Source: Candidatus Acidiferrales bacterium (GTDB lineage Bacteria > Acidobacteriota > Terriglobia > Acidiferrales > UBA7541). Taken from it: a stretch of DNA of 64,000 nt. The position numbers were made by a program, and so were the translations under genes. The stretch is taken from positions 1,543-65,542 of the forward strand of contig JASHSV010000239.1 in NCBI GenBank assembly GCA_030038535.1, given 5' to 3'. The notes beneath the pieces were generated by a model that saw only the letters and a list, made by a program, of their open reading frames with translations, was not told the origin of the DNA and did not search any database. Each line of letters starts with the position of its first letter. Within the stretch, counting starts at the first letter, position 1. This document shows, piece by piece, positions 54,559 through 63,368 of this stretch.

Positions 54559-55902
54559 TCAGCCGTCCAGCCGGTAGATCGCCAGACCGCTCAGCAGTTT
54601 TGGATAAAAGTCGGTGGATTTTTGCGGCAGCACGTTTCCGGCGAGCGCGAGCTCGTATACCTGACGAGAAGATGCCGGATTGAGCAGAAAGGCGATTTGC
54701 GCCGCGCCGGAATCCACCGCGCCCAAGGCCTCGGCCGCATCGCGATGGTAGCGAATGTTCTGTTCGCGCTCAACGGCCTCCGCGGTCATTCCCAGATGGC
54801 GCGCCAGCAGCAGACGGTGCAAGAGCACCACATCGAGTGTCCGTTGGGCCGCCGGGACGCTTTCGAGCAGAGCGCCGAGGTCCGCGTCCTGCCGCAGCAC
54901 GAATAGGTAGAACGCTCCCCCGCCGGCATACACGCCGATGGCGCGGCGGACGGCGTCGCCCTTCGCGCGAGCGGCGAGATCGCGGCGAAATTCCGCCAGG
55001 GCCGGGGCGCGCTGGCTTTCCTCAGCGAACGGATACGCATACCAATCGAAAATCCCGGCGACCGATTTTCGGAACGTGCCGAAATCGAACCCGGAAAGCC
55101 CGCCGACGGTGCGGTGGGTGGGAAGCACCGTGACCCCGGGGTCGCTCAGGGCGAACAGGGTAACGAGGGTCTTTTCGTGCGGCGCATCCGGCGTTGCGCC
55201 GGTGCCGAGGCTGCGGCACTCATTGCGATAGGCGAGCGAAGTCTCGTAGCGGTGATGTCCGTCGGCAATGAGCAATTTCTTGTCGGCCATGGCCGCGGCC
55301 AGCGATTGGACGGTTGCCGCATCGCGGATCGGCCAGAGACGGTGCACGACGCCGTACTCGTCCTTCAGTTCATTTTCGGGAGCTGCGCGCAGCGCGGGCT
55401 CCAAGAGCGAGCCAACGCGCGATCCGGCATCGTCGTAGAGGAGCATGAGCTGGCCGGTGTGTGCGCGCGTATGGCGAAGCAACTCGAGCCGGTCCGCTCG
55501 CGCGGCGCTGTGCGTCTGTTCGTGCGGGAAGACAACACCTGCGGAATAATCCTCCAGGCCCAGCAGCGCAAGAAAACCGCGGCGCACGCGGCGCTGCTCG
55601 GTGCCCGGCACGGTGAATTCCTGTGAGCAGGCGTAGAACGAGGGTTCGGCGTCCCGCCGCAAGACGCCTTCGCGGATCCAGGCGTCGAGCGTCTGGGCGG
55701 CGCGCGTATAGATATTGGACTGCGGGGAATCGCCCGGCTCTTCGCGTCCCTTTTCGATGCGCACCAGATTGTGCGCGTCGAGCGCGTAGTAGCGCTCCTG
55801 CATAGCTGGCGTGATCTTGTCGTAGGGTTGCGTAAGCACGCGCGCTAAGTCGAAACGGGATGCATCGTAGCGGTAGGCGGGGAACGGAAAAATGCGGGCC
55901 AT
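54559..55902 (-). CDS. DUF1015-domain protein
   Basis: 447 aa. The N-terminus MARIFPFPAYRYD...VLTQPYDKIT and the LLIADGHHRYETS motif are typical of DUF1015. Confidence 0.85.
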   Translation of the reverse strand: MARIFPFPAYRYDASRFDLARVLTQPYDKITPAMQERYYALDAHNLVRIEKGREEPGDSPQSNIYTRAAQTLDAWIREGVLRRDAEPSFYACSQEFTVPGTEQRRVRRGFLALLGLEDYSAGVVFPHEQTHSAARADRLELLRHTRAHTGQLMLLYDDAGSRVGSLLEPALRAAPENELKDEYGVVHRLWPIRDAATVQSLAAAMADKKLLIADGHHRYETSLAYRNECRSLGTGATPDAPHEKTLVTLFALSDPGVTVLPTHRTVGGLSGFDFGTFRKSVAGIFDWYAYPFAEESQRAPALAEFRRDLAARAKGDAVRRAIGVYAGGGAFYLFVLRQDADLGALLESVPAAQRTLDVVLLHRLLLARHLGMTAEAVEREQNIRYHRDAAEALGAVDSGAAQIAFLLNPASSRQVYELALAGNVLPQKSTDFYPKLLSGLAIYRLDG

Positions 55903-55996
55903 GAACGAGTCTCACTCTCCGCGGGCAACAGAATGGACGGAAACAGCCATTCTAGCAGCGCAAAAGATTTCCAGGTCGGAAAGGCGCTCGCTGTGG

Positions 55997-56932
55997 CTAC
56001 CGCTGCTCCGATTTGTACCAATCCCAGGTGCGGCGGAGGCCTTCCTCGAAATCCACGGTGGGCACATAACCGAGCATCTGGCGGGTCAGCGAAATATCGG
56101 CCTGGGAGTCGCGGATGTCGCCGGCGCGGGGCGGATCGTATTTCGGGTTCGCGGGCTTTCCCGAGATTTTCGCCAGCAGCGCCAGCGTGTGATTCAGGGT
56201 AAATCGTCCGCCCGTGCCGCCGTTGAAGACCAATCCCGAAACTCCGGGGGTTTCCGCGGCACGAAGCGTGGCGTCCACGACGTTCGAGACGTAAGTGAAG
56301 TCGCGCGACTGCTCGCCGTCGCCGAAGACGACAGGTTGCCGGCCCTCGAGCAGCGCGGTGATGAACTGCGAGAGCACGCCGGAATACGGCGAGCTTGGAT
56401 CCTGGCGCGGGCCGAACACGTTGAAGTAGCGGATGGAAGCGTTCTCCAGGCCGTAACAGCGGCCGAACACCTGGCAGTACAGCTCGCCCACATACTTCGT
56501 CACGCCGTAGGGCGAAATCGGATCAGGGCGCATCGCCTCCGTCTTCGGAAGCGTAGGAGTCTCGCCATAGGCGGAGGAAGAGGCGGCGTAAACAATGCGC
56601 CGCACCTTGGCGTCGCGGGCGGCCACCAGCACGTTGACCGTCCCGTCGATATTCACGCAGTTCGTTTCCACCGGATCGGCCACCGAACGCGGGACAGAAG
56701 TGCGCGCGGCCAGATGGAACAAGAATTCGGCGCCGCGGAACGCCCGGTGGAGCCCGTCGAGGTCTGTGATGCTCTGGCGGAGGACTTCGAGGGGGCCCTT
56801 CAGGGCCGCAAGGTTTGCTTCTTTCCCGGCGGAAAAATCGTCCACCACGGCAACTGCGGCGCCGCGGCGCAGCAGTTCTTCCGTTACGTGGGAACCGATA
56901 AATCCTGCACCGCCGGTAACGATTGCGCGCAT
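55997..56932 (-). CDS. NAD-dependent nucleotide-sugar epimerase/dehydratase (extended SDR)
   Basis: The inner ATG at 56932 gives MRAIVTGGAGFIGSH. The catalytic motif is SPYGVTKYVGE (YxxxK). Confidence 0.9.
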   Translation of the reverse strand: MRAIVTGGAGFIGSHVTEELLRRGAAVAVVDDFSAGKEANLAALKGPLEVLRQSITDLDGLHRAFRGAEFLFHLAARTSVPRSVADPVETNCVNIDGTVNVLVAARDAKVRRIVYAASSSAYGETPTLPKTEAMRPDPISPYGVTKYVGELYCQVFGRCYGLENASIRYFNVFGPRQDPSSPYSGVLSQFITALLEGRQPVVFGDGEQSRDFTYVSNVVDATLRAAETPGVSGLVFNGGTGGRFTLNHTLALLAKISGKPANPKYDPPRAGDIRDSQADISLTRQMLGYVPTVDFEEGLRRTWDWYKSEQR

Positions 56933-57060
56933 GGTGGTTTGCTCGAATCCTGTGTGGGAGAATACCCTGTGAACGCGGGCGCAACAAGGTGCGGGGAACA
57001 TGTCTGTTCGCGCCACGCCCGGGGGAGAACGTGACTGCGCCGGGCTGCTCTTTCCTGCCT

Positions 57061-57879
57061 ATGGACCACTTCTCCACGCGAATTCAATTGAACCGAAGTT
57101 TGAGCGAGTGGACGCGGCGCGCCGCCGTTCTCTTGGTCCTGGCGCTCGCCGCCAGCCCCTCAGACCTGGGCGCGCAAAGGCAGGGGCGCGGGAAGAAGCC
57201 GGCGCCGCCTCTCGCCGCGGTTCCGTTCGTTGCTGGAGAACGGCTCAGGTTCGCCGCGCAATGGAACAAGTTCGTCACCGCGGCCACGCTCGATGTGAAT
57301 GTGGTGGAGCGGCGCGACTTTTTTGGAAAGCCGGCATGGCACTTCCAGGCGCTGGCCCACACGATCGACCCCGTGCGCATGCTCTACACCATCGACGACC
57401 AGTTCGACTCGTACACGGATGCGGTGACGCTCGAGTGCCGGCAATATGAGTCGTATCTCCGCGAGCAGTCCAAGAACGAAGACATGGTGGTGCCCATGTC
57501 CACCAAGCCCGACACCAGCCGCGGCAATCTGCACGTGTACCTGGTGCTGGCGGGAACGCAGGACCCTATCGGCATCCTCTACTTGCTGCGGGCGCACGAT
57601 TGGACAAAGGAGCCGGCGGTGCGCTTTCCTGTATTTGACGGCAGGAGATTCTACGAGGTGCAGGCTCAACGCGAGTCCTCGGGAATGCCGGTGACGGTGG
57701 CGGCCGGAAGTTTCCTGGCGACGCGTGTCGCGCTCCACGTCTTAACCGGCGGGCAGGAACTCACGGATCTGAAGGTGTGGCTGAGCCTGGCTCAGGATGC
57801 GGCCCGCACGCCGGTGCTGATCGAGGCGGAGGCCCCTTTCGGCACCGTGCGGGCCGAGCTGACGGCACGGGGACCTTAG
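57061..57879 (+). CDS. DUF3108-like secreted protein
   Basis: The ATG at 57061 is followed by a signal-like segment (AAVLLVLALAASPSDLGAQ). The GERLRF...W..F..AATLDV pattern resembles DUF3108. Confidence 0.65.
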   Translation: MDHFSTRIQLNRSLSEWTRRAAVLLVLALAASPSDLGAQRQGRGKKPAPPLAAVPFVAGERLRFAAQWNKFVTAATLDVNVVERRDFFGKPAWHFQALAHTIDPVRMLYTIDDQFDSYTDAVTLECRQYESYLREQSKNEDMVVPMSTKPDTSRGNLHVYLVLAGTQDPIGILYLLRAHDWTKEPAVRFPVFDGRRFYEVQAQRESSGMPVTVAAGSFLATRVALHVLTGGQELTDLKVWLSLAQDAARTPVLIEAEAPFGTVRAELTARGP

Positions 57880-57941
57880 CGGGAGGGGAGTGCTTTCCTT
57901 CTCACCATGCCGCATTCCCGCGAGCGGCCGTTCCGTGACGG

Positions 57942-58301
57942 CTAATCTTCGAAGGGTCTCCAGTCGGCGGGCGGAAAATCGATTCTCCAGAACTTCGGCG
58001 ACGGCTTGAGGAATTCGACTCCGACGGCGCGCACATTTCCGGTCATGGGCTTGGCATACACGACGCGGCAGGCCTGCTGCTCGGAGGTAACGGCGTTGGT
58101 TATCACGATCTCCTGGTTTGGGCGCACATCCTGCGAGAGATGAATCAGAGCCCCATGCGCGTTCACAGCCAGGGTTTTGGTCTTCTCTCGGAAGGCGTGG
58201 CCCTCAGAGTCGATGCCCTGGACAAAGATACCGACCTGCAGGAAGACGCGTTCGCTGCGCCGGCGTTCGGCTCCGGATGGTTTGGCGACGGGCTCTGTCA
58301 T
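57942..58301 (-). CDS. PilZ-like protein (paralog of 27209..27557), second motif degenerate
   Basis: 119 aa. RRRSER is present, but the DxSxxG position reads VNAHGAL. The C-terminus reads VRAVGVEFLKPS. Confidence 0.7.
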   Translation of the reverse strand: MTEPVAKPSGAERRRSERVFLQVGIFVQGIDSEGHAFREKTKTLAVNAHGALIHLSQDVRPNQEIVITNAVTSEQQACRVVYAKPMTGNVRAVGVEFLKPSPKFWRIDFPPADWRPFED

Positions 58302-58656
58302 GTGCGTGTGCCGGGTTCCCTAGGTGATGCTGGAATCATCTCGTAATCCTATCGGCAGGCTCACAGATTCCCTGCGCCACTGTGCGGCATGTGTCACCCG
58401 GCAGCGTGACCGAAGGGCTGCCCGAGCGGCTCTTCGAGACTACCGTTAGATTTTTCAGCATGGCCTGCTGCGAAATTCTACATGCCCTTTGCCCTTCTAT
58501 CTAACGAAGTTACCGGATTCTGCGCGGAAAACCTCTGCCGGCACTGAGGCGATTTGCAGCTAAGCAAAATTCGCCGCTGGCCTGCCGCGCCATACTTTTC
58601 ACGGCGGCCTGTTGGATTTGCTCGACTTGCCCGCGTTCTGGCGGTCAACCCCGCGG

Positions 58657-58672
58657 TGGTAAATGAATTGCT
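58657..58672 (+). promoter_or_regulatory. candidate sigma-54 promoter upstream of the GcvH-like gene
   Basis: TGGTAA-ATGAA-TTGCT has correct GG-N10-GC spacing. The -12 box is perfect and the -24 box keeps the GG. It lies about 65 nt upstream of the ATG at 58739. Confidence 0.4.
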
Positions 58673-58738
58673 CTATGTCAAAGCGAAGACTTAGGAAGCG
58701 CGGTTCAAGAGCACAGAGCGAAGCGTAGGAGGTGGGTT

Positions 58739-59407
58739 ATGACCGTGATTCTGATTCTCGTGACGTTTGCGATTTTCCTCACCATCGACTATCTGCGTCA
58801 GGAGAAGCGCGTGGAAGCGCCCGCCAATGCACAACTGGCCAAGACTCCGGCGCCCCGCATGCTTCCAAAATTCATTTCCGGATTCGAGTTGCCCGAAAAT
58901 CGCCGCTACCACCCGGGACACACTTGGGCGGTTGAGGAAACACCGAATCTGGTGCGGGTGGGTCTCGATGATTTTGCCGCCCGCTTGCTGGGCAAAATTG
59001 ACCACATCGAGCTGCCAAAGCGCGGCCAGTGGATCCGGCAAGGACAGCGCTTGGCGACCGTATTCCGCGATGGCATCAAAGCTGAGTTGCTGTCGCCCGT
59101 CGAAGGAGAAGTGACGCAAATCAACGAAGCGGCTCTTGGCGACACTTCCCTGCCCGGCCGCGATCCGTATGGCCAGGGCTGGCTCGTTTCGGTTTACTCC
59201 CCGGATGCCAGGACGAGCTTCCGCAACCTGCTGGGCGGAAGTCTGGCTCGTTCCTGGATGGCAGAGGCGGCCACGCGGCTTTTCGGAAAGATGCCGGCGC
59301 TGGCAGGCGCCGTCGCGCAGGATGGCGGCCTCGCGGTGCACGATCTTACTGCCCAACTCCCCGACCAGAAGTGGGGCGACCTTACGCAAGAATTCTTCCT
59401 CTCCTGA
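58739..59407 (+). CDS. membrane-anchored glycine-cleavage-H-like (lipoyl/biotinyl-fold) protein
   Basis: TAGGAGG serves as RBS. The N-terminal TM is MTVILILVTFAIFLTIDYL. A GcvH-like domain follows (YHPGHTWAVEE...VRVGLDDFAARLLG...LSPVEGEV...DPYGQGWLV), then an extra ~70-aa C-terminal region. Confidence 0.75.
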   Translation: MTVILILVTFAIFLTIDYLRQEKRVEAPANAQLAKTPAPRMLPKFISGFELPENRRYHPGHTWAVEETPNLVRVGLDDFAARLLGKIDHIELPKRGQWIRQGQRLATVFRDGIKAELLSPVEGEVTQINEAALGDTSLPGRDPYGQGWLVSVYSPDARTSFRNLLGGSLARSWMAEAATRLFGKMPALAGAVAQDGGLAVHDLTAQLPDQKWGDLTQEFFLS

Positions 59408-59431
59408 CCTCCCGTCTCGAGAGGCAGGAAT

Positions 59432-59473
59432 CCGGCCGGCCGCCTCAAGAGTGCGCCGGCCGGGTGCTTTTTT
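59432..59473 (+). terminator. rho-independent terminator (or attenuator) after the GcvH-like gene
   Basis: A 9-bp GC stem (CCGGCCGGC / GCCGGCCGG at 59432-59440 and 59455-59463) has a 14-nt loop. It is followed by GTGC and TTTTTT at 59468-59473. Confidence 0.7.
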
Positions 59474-59798
59474 GTCGCGCCGCTTCGTCAAGCTCTTGTG
59501 GTGAGCGTGCACGGCATCACGGCGAGCGGTGACGAGAGTCACCACAATCCTCCCCCACAACGACTAACCTTTTCTCGACGCGAGGCGGTTCTCGTGCGTG
59601 TTGAAATAGTCCTCGGGTTCAGTCCAGAAGGCCTCCGGAACGAGCCTCACCCGCTGAGTTGTGCATCATCCACACCCGCAATCTGCCGCCGTATCCCGCG
59701 ACAAAGTCCTCGCGGGGCCGCCGATTCCCTGCAACTGATGATTTCTTTTACTCGCCTGTGTGCGGCGCGGACGGGCCGGAGAGCCGTTGGGGGATTTT

Positions 59799-60548
59799 AT
59801 GAGCAAAGGAATCTTGTATGACGCCACGCTTTGCATCGACTGCAAATTATGCGAAAGGGCGTGCGCAGAAAAGCACGGCCTGCCCTATAACGAGGCCATT
59901 GCCGCGGAAGAAAAGCAATCCGCCCACAAACTCACCGTGGTGATGGACAAGGGCGACAAGTACATGCGGCGGCTGTGCATGAATTGCCAGGATCCGACGT
60001 GCGCCTCCGTCTGCCCGGTGGCCGCCCTTCGCAAGACCGCCGAGGGGCCGGTGACCTACGATGCCTCGCGGTGCATCGGCTGCCGGTACTGCATGCTGGC
60101 CTGCCCATTTTCCGTGCCGAAGTATCAGTGGAACACGGCGCTGCCTCTGGTGCAGAAGTGCGACATGTGCGCGGACCGCGTGGCCCAGGGCTTGCCCACC
60201 GCGTGCGCCGCGGCGTGCCCGACGGGCGCGACCAAGTTTGGCGATCGGGACGCCCTGATCGCGGAAGCCCAAGACCGCATCGCCAAGAATCCAGAGCAGT
60301 ACGTGCACCACATCTATGGCCTTACCGAAGTTGGCGGCACGTCGGTGCTGCTGCTCTCAAGCGTTCCCTTCGAGGAATTCGGTTATCCCGTCCACGTGGA
60401 CAATCAACCTCTGCCCATGCTGACCTGGCACGTCCTTTCCGAGCTTCCCCAGGTGGTGACTTTCGGAGCGGCACTGCTGGGAGGCATCTGGTGGATCACC
60501 AGCCGGCGCCAGGCGGTGGCGGCTGCGGAAGCCAAGTCCGGGGACTGA
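59799..60548 (+). CDS. HybA/PsrB/NrfC-like 4Fe-4S multicluster protein with C-terminal TM anchor and no signal peptide
   Basis: The Cys motifs are CIDCKLCERAC, CMNCQDPTCASVC, CIGCRYCMLAC and CDMC...CAAAC. The first cluster motif starts at residue 12. The C-terminal helix is VVTFGAALLGGIWWITS. Confidence 0.85.
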   Translation: MSKGILYDATLCIDCKLCERACAEKHGLPYNEAIAAEEKQSAHKLTVVMDKGDKYMRRLCMNCQDPTCASVCPVAALRKTAEGPVTYDASRCIGCRYCMLACPFSVPKYQWNTALPLVQKCDMCADRVAQGLPTACAAACPTGATKFGDRDALIAEAQDRIAKNPEQYVHHIYGLTEVGGTSVLLLSSVPFEEFGYPVHVDNQPLPMLTWHVLSELPQVVTFGAALLGGIWWITSRRQAVAAAEAKSGD

Positions 60549-60559
60549 GGAGCGAAGAT

Positions 60560-61732
60560 ATGGCCACATTTAGATGGACGTTCTGGAAGGTGGTTCTTGC
60601 CTTCGTGCTGCTCGCGGGGGCCGTTGCGACCGTGCTGCGCTTCTCGGAAGGCCTGGGAGCCACAACGAACCTCAGCGACGCATTCCCCTGGGGCCTGTGG
60701 ATCGGCTTCGACGTGATGTGCGGAGTAATGCTGGCCGCCGGCGGATTTACGCTCACCGCCACTGTGTACATCTTCAACCTGAAAAAGTTCAAGCCGATTG
60801 TGCGGCCAACCGTGCTGACCGCCTTTTTGGGCTACTTGCTGGTGGTGATCGCTCTGCTCTTCGACCTCGGCCGGGGCTACCGCATCTGGCATCCGCTGGT
60901 GATGTGGAACCCGCGGTCGGTAATGTTCGAGGTGGCCTGGTGCGTCACGCTTTACACCATGGTCCTGGCGCTCGAATTCGCTCCCATAATTTTCGAGCGT
61001 CTGAGGTTGGAAAAGCTCCTGCGCATCCAGCGGGCCATTTCAATCCCGCTGGTCATCGCGGGGGTGATGCTCTCTACTCTCCACCAGTCGTCGCTGGGCA
61101 GCCTGTATCTGATTGTGCCCGGCAAGCTGCATCCCTTTTGGTACACGCCACTGCTGCCGCTGCTGTTCTTTGTTTCGGCGATTTGCGTCGGACTGGCCAT
61201 GACCATCTTTGAATCGAGCATGAGCGCACGCCACTTCGGCAAGCAGCTCGAGATGCCGTTGCTGATTCGGCTGGGCCGCGCGCTTTTGGTTGGATTGATC
61301 GTTTATTCCGTGCTGCGGTTCCAGGACGTATTCGATCGCGGGGCGCTCAAGCTGATCACTCGCGGTGGTTGGGAATCCGGGCTGTTTCTGCTGGAGATTG
61401 CAATGGGGCTGGTTGCGCCCATTGTCCTGCTGATCTTTCCCAAAGTACGCGAGTCTTCGGGAGGGCTCTATATCTCCTCGGTGCTGGTAGTTCTCGGATT
61501 CGTGACCAACCGCATGAATGTGGCGATTACAGGGATGGAAGCATCCGCGGGGGTGCACTACTTCCCGAAATGGACGGAACTCGCCGTCACCGCGAGCATC
61601 ATTGGTGCCGGCTTTGGTATTTTTGCCGCGGCCGTGAAGTACCTGCCGATTTTTGTCGCGGAAGAAGCGCATCCGGCAAGCGCCGAAAGGCGGGAACCGG
61701 AATTGGCGGTCTTGTCCCATGCCCGGCTCTGA
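60560..61732 (+). CDS. NrfD/PsrC/HybB-like polytopic quinone-interacting membrane subunit
   Basis: GAGGAG serves as RBS. The protein is 390 aa with about 10 TM helices and an NrfD-family pattern (PWGLWIGFDVMCGVMLAAGGF...). Confidence 0.85.
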   Translation: MATFRWTFWKVVLAFVLLAGAVATVLRFSEGLGATTNLSDAFPWGLWIGFDVMCGVMLAAGGFTLTATVYIFNLKKFKPIVRPTVLTAFLGYLLVVIALLFDLGRGYRIWHPLVMWNPRSVMFEVAWCVTLYTMVLALEFAPIIFERLRLEKLLRIQRAISIPLVIAGVMLSTLHQSSLGSLYLIVPGKLHPFWYTPLLPLLFFVSAICVGLAMTIFESSMSARHFGKQLEMPLLIRLGRALLVGLIVYSVLRFQDVFDRGALKLITRGGWESGLFLLEIAMGLVAPIVLLIFPKVRESSGGLYISSVLVVLGFVTNRMNVAITGMEASAGVHYFPKWTELAVTASIIGAGFGIFAAAVKYLPIFVAEEAHPASAERREPELAVLSHARL

Positions 61733-63353
61733 CCGAGCTTCGCCCCTGGGAAAAGGCTCGGGAGGCGTTTGGGCGAGCGTCAGCACCCGCCTGGTAATTC
61801 TGCTGGTCGTTTCCATGACCTGCGTCTTCGGTCTCCTCGGTTACCTGAACATCCGCTTGCACCGGCAGCATCTGGAGCAAACCACGCTGGCGAGTGCGGA
61901 GCGGCTAAGCGATGTGATCAAGCGGAACGCCACTTACTCCATGCTTCATAACGAGCGCGACGGCCTCCATCAGATGATTTCCGACATGGCCAACGAGCGC
62001 GGCATCGTGCGCGTGCGCATTATCAATGCGGAGGGCCGCATCAGCTTCAGCTCTGATCCAAGCGAAGTCAGCCAGCTCGCCGGCGGGCGCGGGATCGCTC
62101 CACTCGGCACCGGAAGTACATCCGCCCCTCTGGACCTTCGCGAGCGCTTCCGGACCTACCAACTCGCTTCGGGCGAGCGCGCGCTTGGCGTGATGAATCC
62201 CATCGAGAACTCGGCGCAGTGCGCATCGGCGCAATGTCACGCGCATCCGCCGGACCAGCGAGTGCTCGGCGTCCTGGAGACCAATATCTCTCTCAAGGCC
62301 GCCGATGCCAGCCTGGCTGAAAACACCCGTCAGGTGCTGCTCTCCACGCTTCTGGCAGTTGTGGCCATCGCGGCGCTGAGCGCGGTGTTCGTGTGGCGCG
62401 TCGTCCACGACCCGCTGGCGGCCCTCCAGGCGGGAACGGAACGGCTCGGGTCCGGCGAGTTGGGTTTCCAGGTGGAAGTGGGCCAGGCCGGGGAGCTGGC
62501 CGACGTCGCCCAAGCGTTCAACACCATGAGCCGGCAGCTCCGGGAGGCGCACGAAGAAATCAACGCCTGGGCGCGCACGCTGGAGGCCCGCGTGGAGCAG
62601 AAAACCAGGGAATTAAGCAGCGCGCAGGAAGAAATGCTCCGTGTGGAACGCATGGCCTCCATCGGCAAACTCGCCGCCGTCGTGGCGCATGAAATCAATA
62701 ATCCCCTGGCTGGAATCCTCACGTATGCGAAGTTGCTGAAGAAGCGGTTTGCTGGAAAGGACGACGAGCTCTACAGCACGCTGGATCTGATGGAATCGGA
62801 AAGCCGGAGATGCGGCGAGATAGTGAAGAATCTGATGACCTTTGCGCGAAAGACCTCGATGAACTACGAGGAGTCGGACCTGAACGACGTGATTGCACGT
62901 TGCGTGCGTCTCGTGCAGCACAAGCTGGAGCTGGCCAATATCGGCTTGCGGCGCGAGCTGTTGCCGGACCTGCCGAAGGTCTGGTGCGACGCGGGCCAGG
63001 TCGAACAGGTGGTGCTCGCCTTGGTGGTGAACGCAATCGACGCAATGCCCAACGGGGGCACCCTGACGCTGCGGACGCGGCGAAAGGGTGACGCGCAGGT
63101 ACAGATCGAAGTCCGCGACGACGGCATCGGAATGCCACCCGAGGTGCTGGCCAACCTTTTCGAGCCCTTTTTCACCACCAAGGAACGGGGCCGCGGCCTT
63201 GGGCTCGGCCTGGCCACCAGCCGCAGCATTATCGAGCGCCATGAAGGAATCATTGAAGCATCGTCGGCGCCGGGAAGTGGAACCGTGCTGACGGTCACTC
63301 TGCCGATCCGCGCGCGCTCGCTGGCGGAAGCGCGTCCGGAACGAGCGGCGTGA
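61719..63353 (+). CDS. sensor histidine kinase (TM - periplasmic domain with CX4CH - TM - HAMP - HisKA - HATPase), ZraS/AtoS-like
   Basis: The ATG at 61719 overlaps the upstream gene's stop by 14 nt. The H-box is VAHEINNPLAGI and the ATPase boxes are DDGIGM and GLGLGLA. Confidence 0.85.
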   Translation: MPGSDRASPLGKGSGGVWASVSTRLVILLVVSMTCVFGLLGYLNIRLHRQHLEQTTLASAERLSDVIKRNATYSMLHNERDGLHQMISDMANERGIVRVRIINAEGRISFSSDPSEVSQLAGGRGIAPLGTGSTSAPLDLRERFRTYQLASGERALGVMNPIENSAQCASAQCHAHPPDQRVLGVLETNISLKAADASLAENTRQVLLSTLLAVVAIAALSAVFVWRVVHDPLAALQAGTERLGSGELGFQVEVGQAGELADVAQAFNTMSRQLREAHEEINAWARTLEARVEQKTRELSSAQEEMLRVERMASIGKLAAVVAHEINNPLAGILTYAKLLKKRFAGKDDELYSTLDLMESESRRCGEIVKNLMTFARKTSMNYEESDLNDVIARCVRLVQHKLELANIGLRRELLPDLPKVWCDAGQVEQVVLALVVNAIDAMPNGGTLTLRTRRKGDAQVQIEVRDDGIGMPPEVLANLFEPFFTTKERGRGLGLGLATSRSIIERHEGIIEASSAPGSGTVLTVTLPIRARSLAEARPERAA

Positions 63354-63368
63354 GAAAGAGGAACGGCC

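Noticed and set aside
59498-59821. 107-aa ORF in the spacer between the GcvH-like and Fe-S genes.
   Set aside because: It uses a non-ATG start and has no RBS. The sequence is Arg/Ser/Pro-rich and not protein-like, and it overlaps the start of the Fe-S gene.
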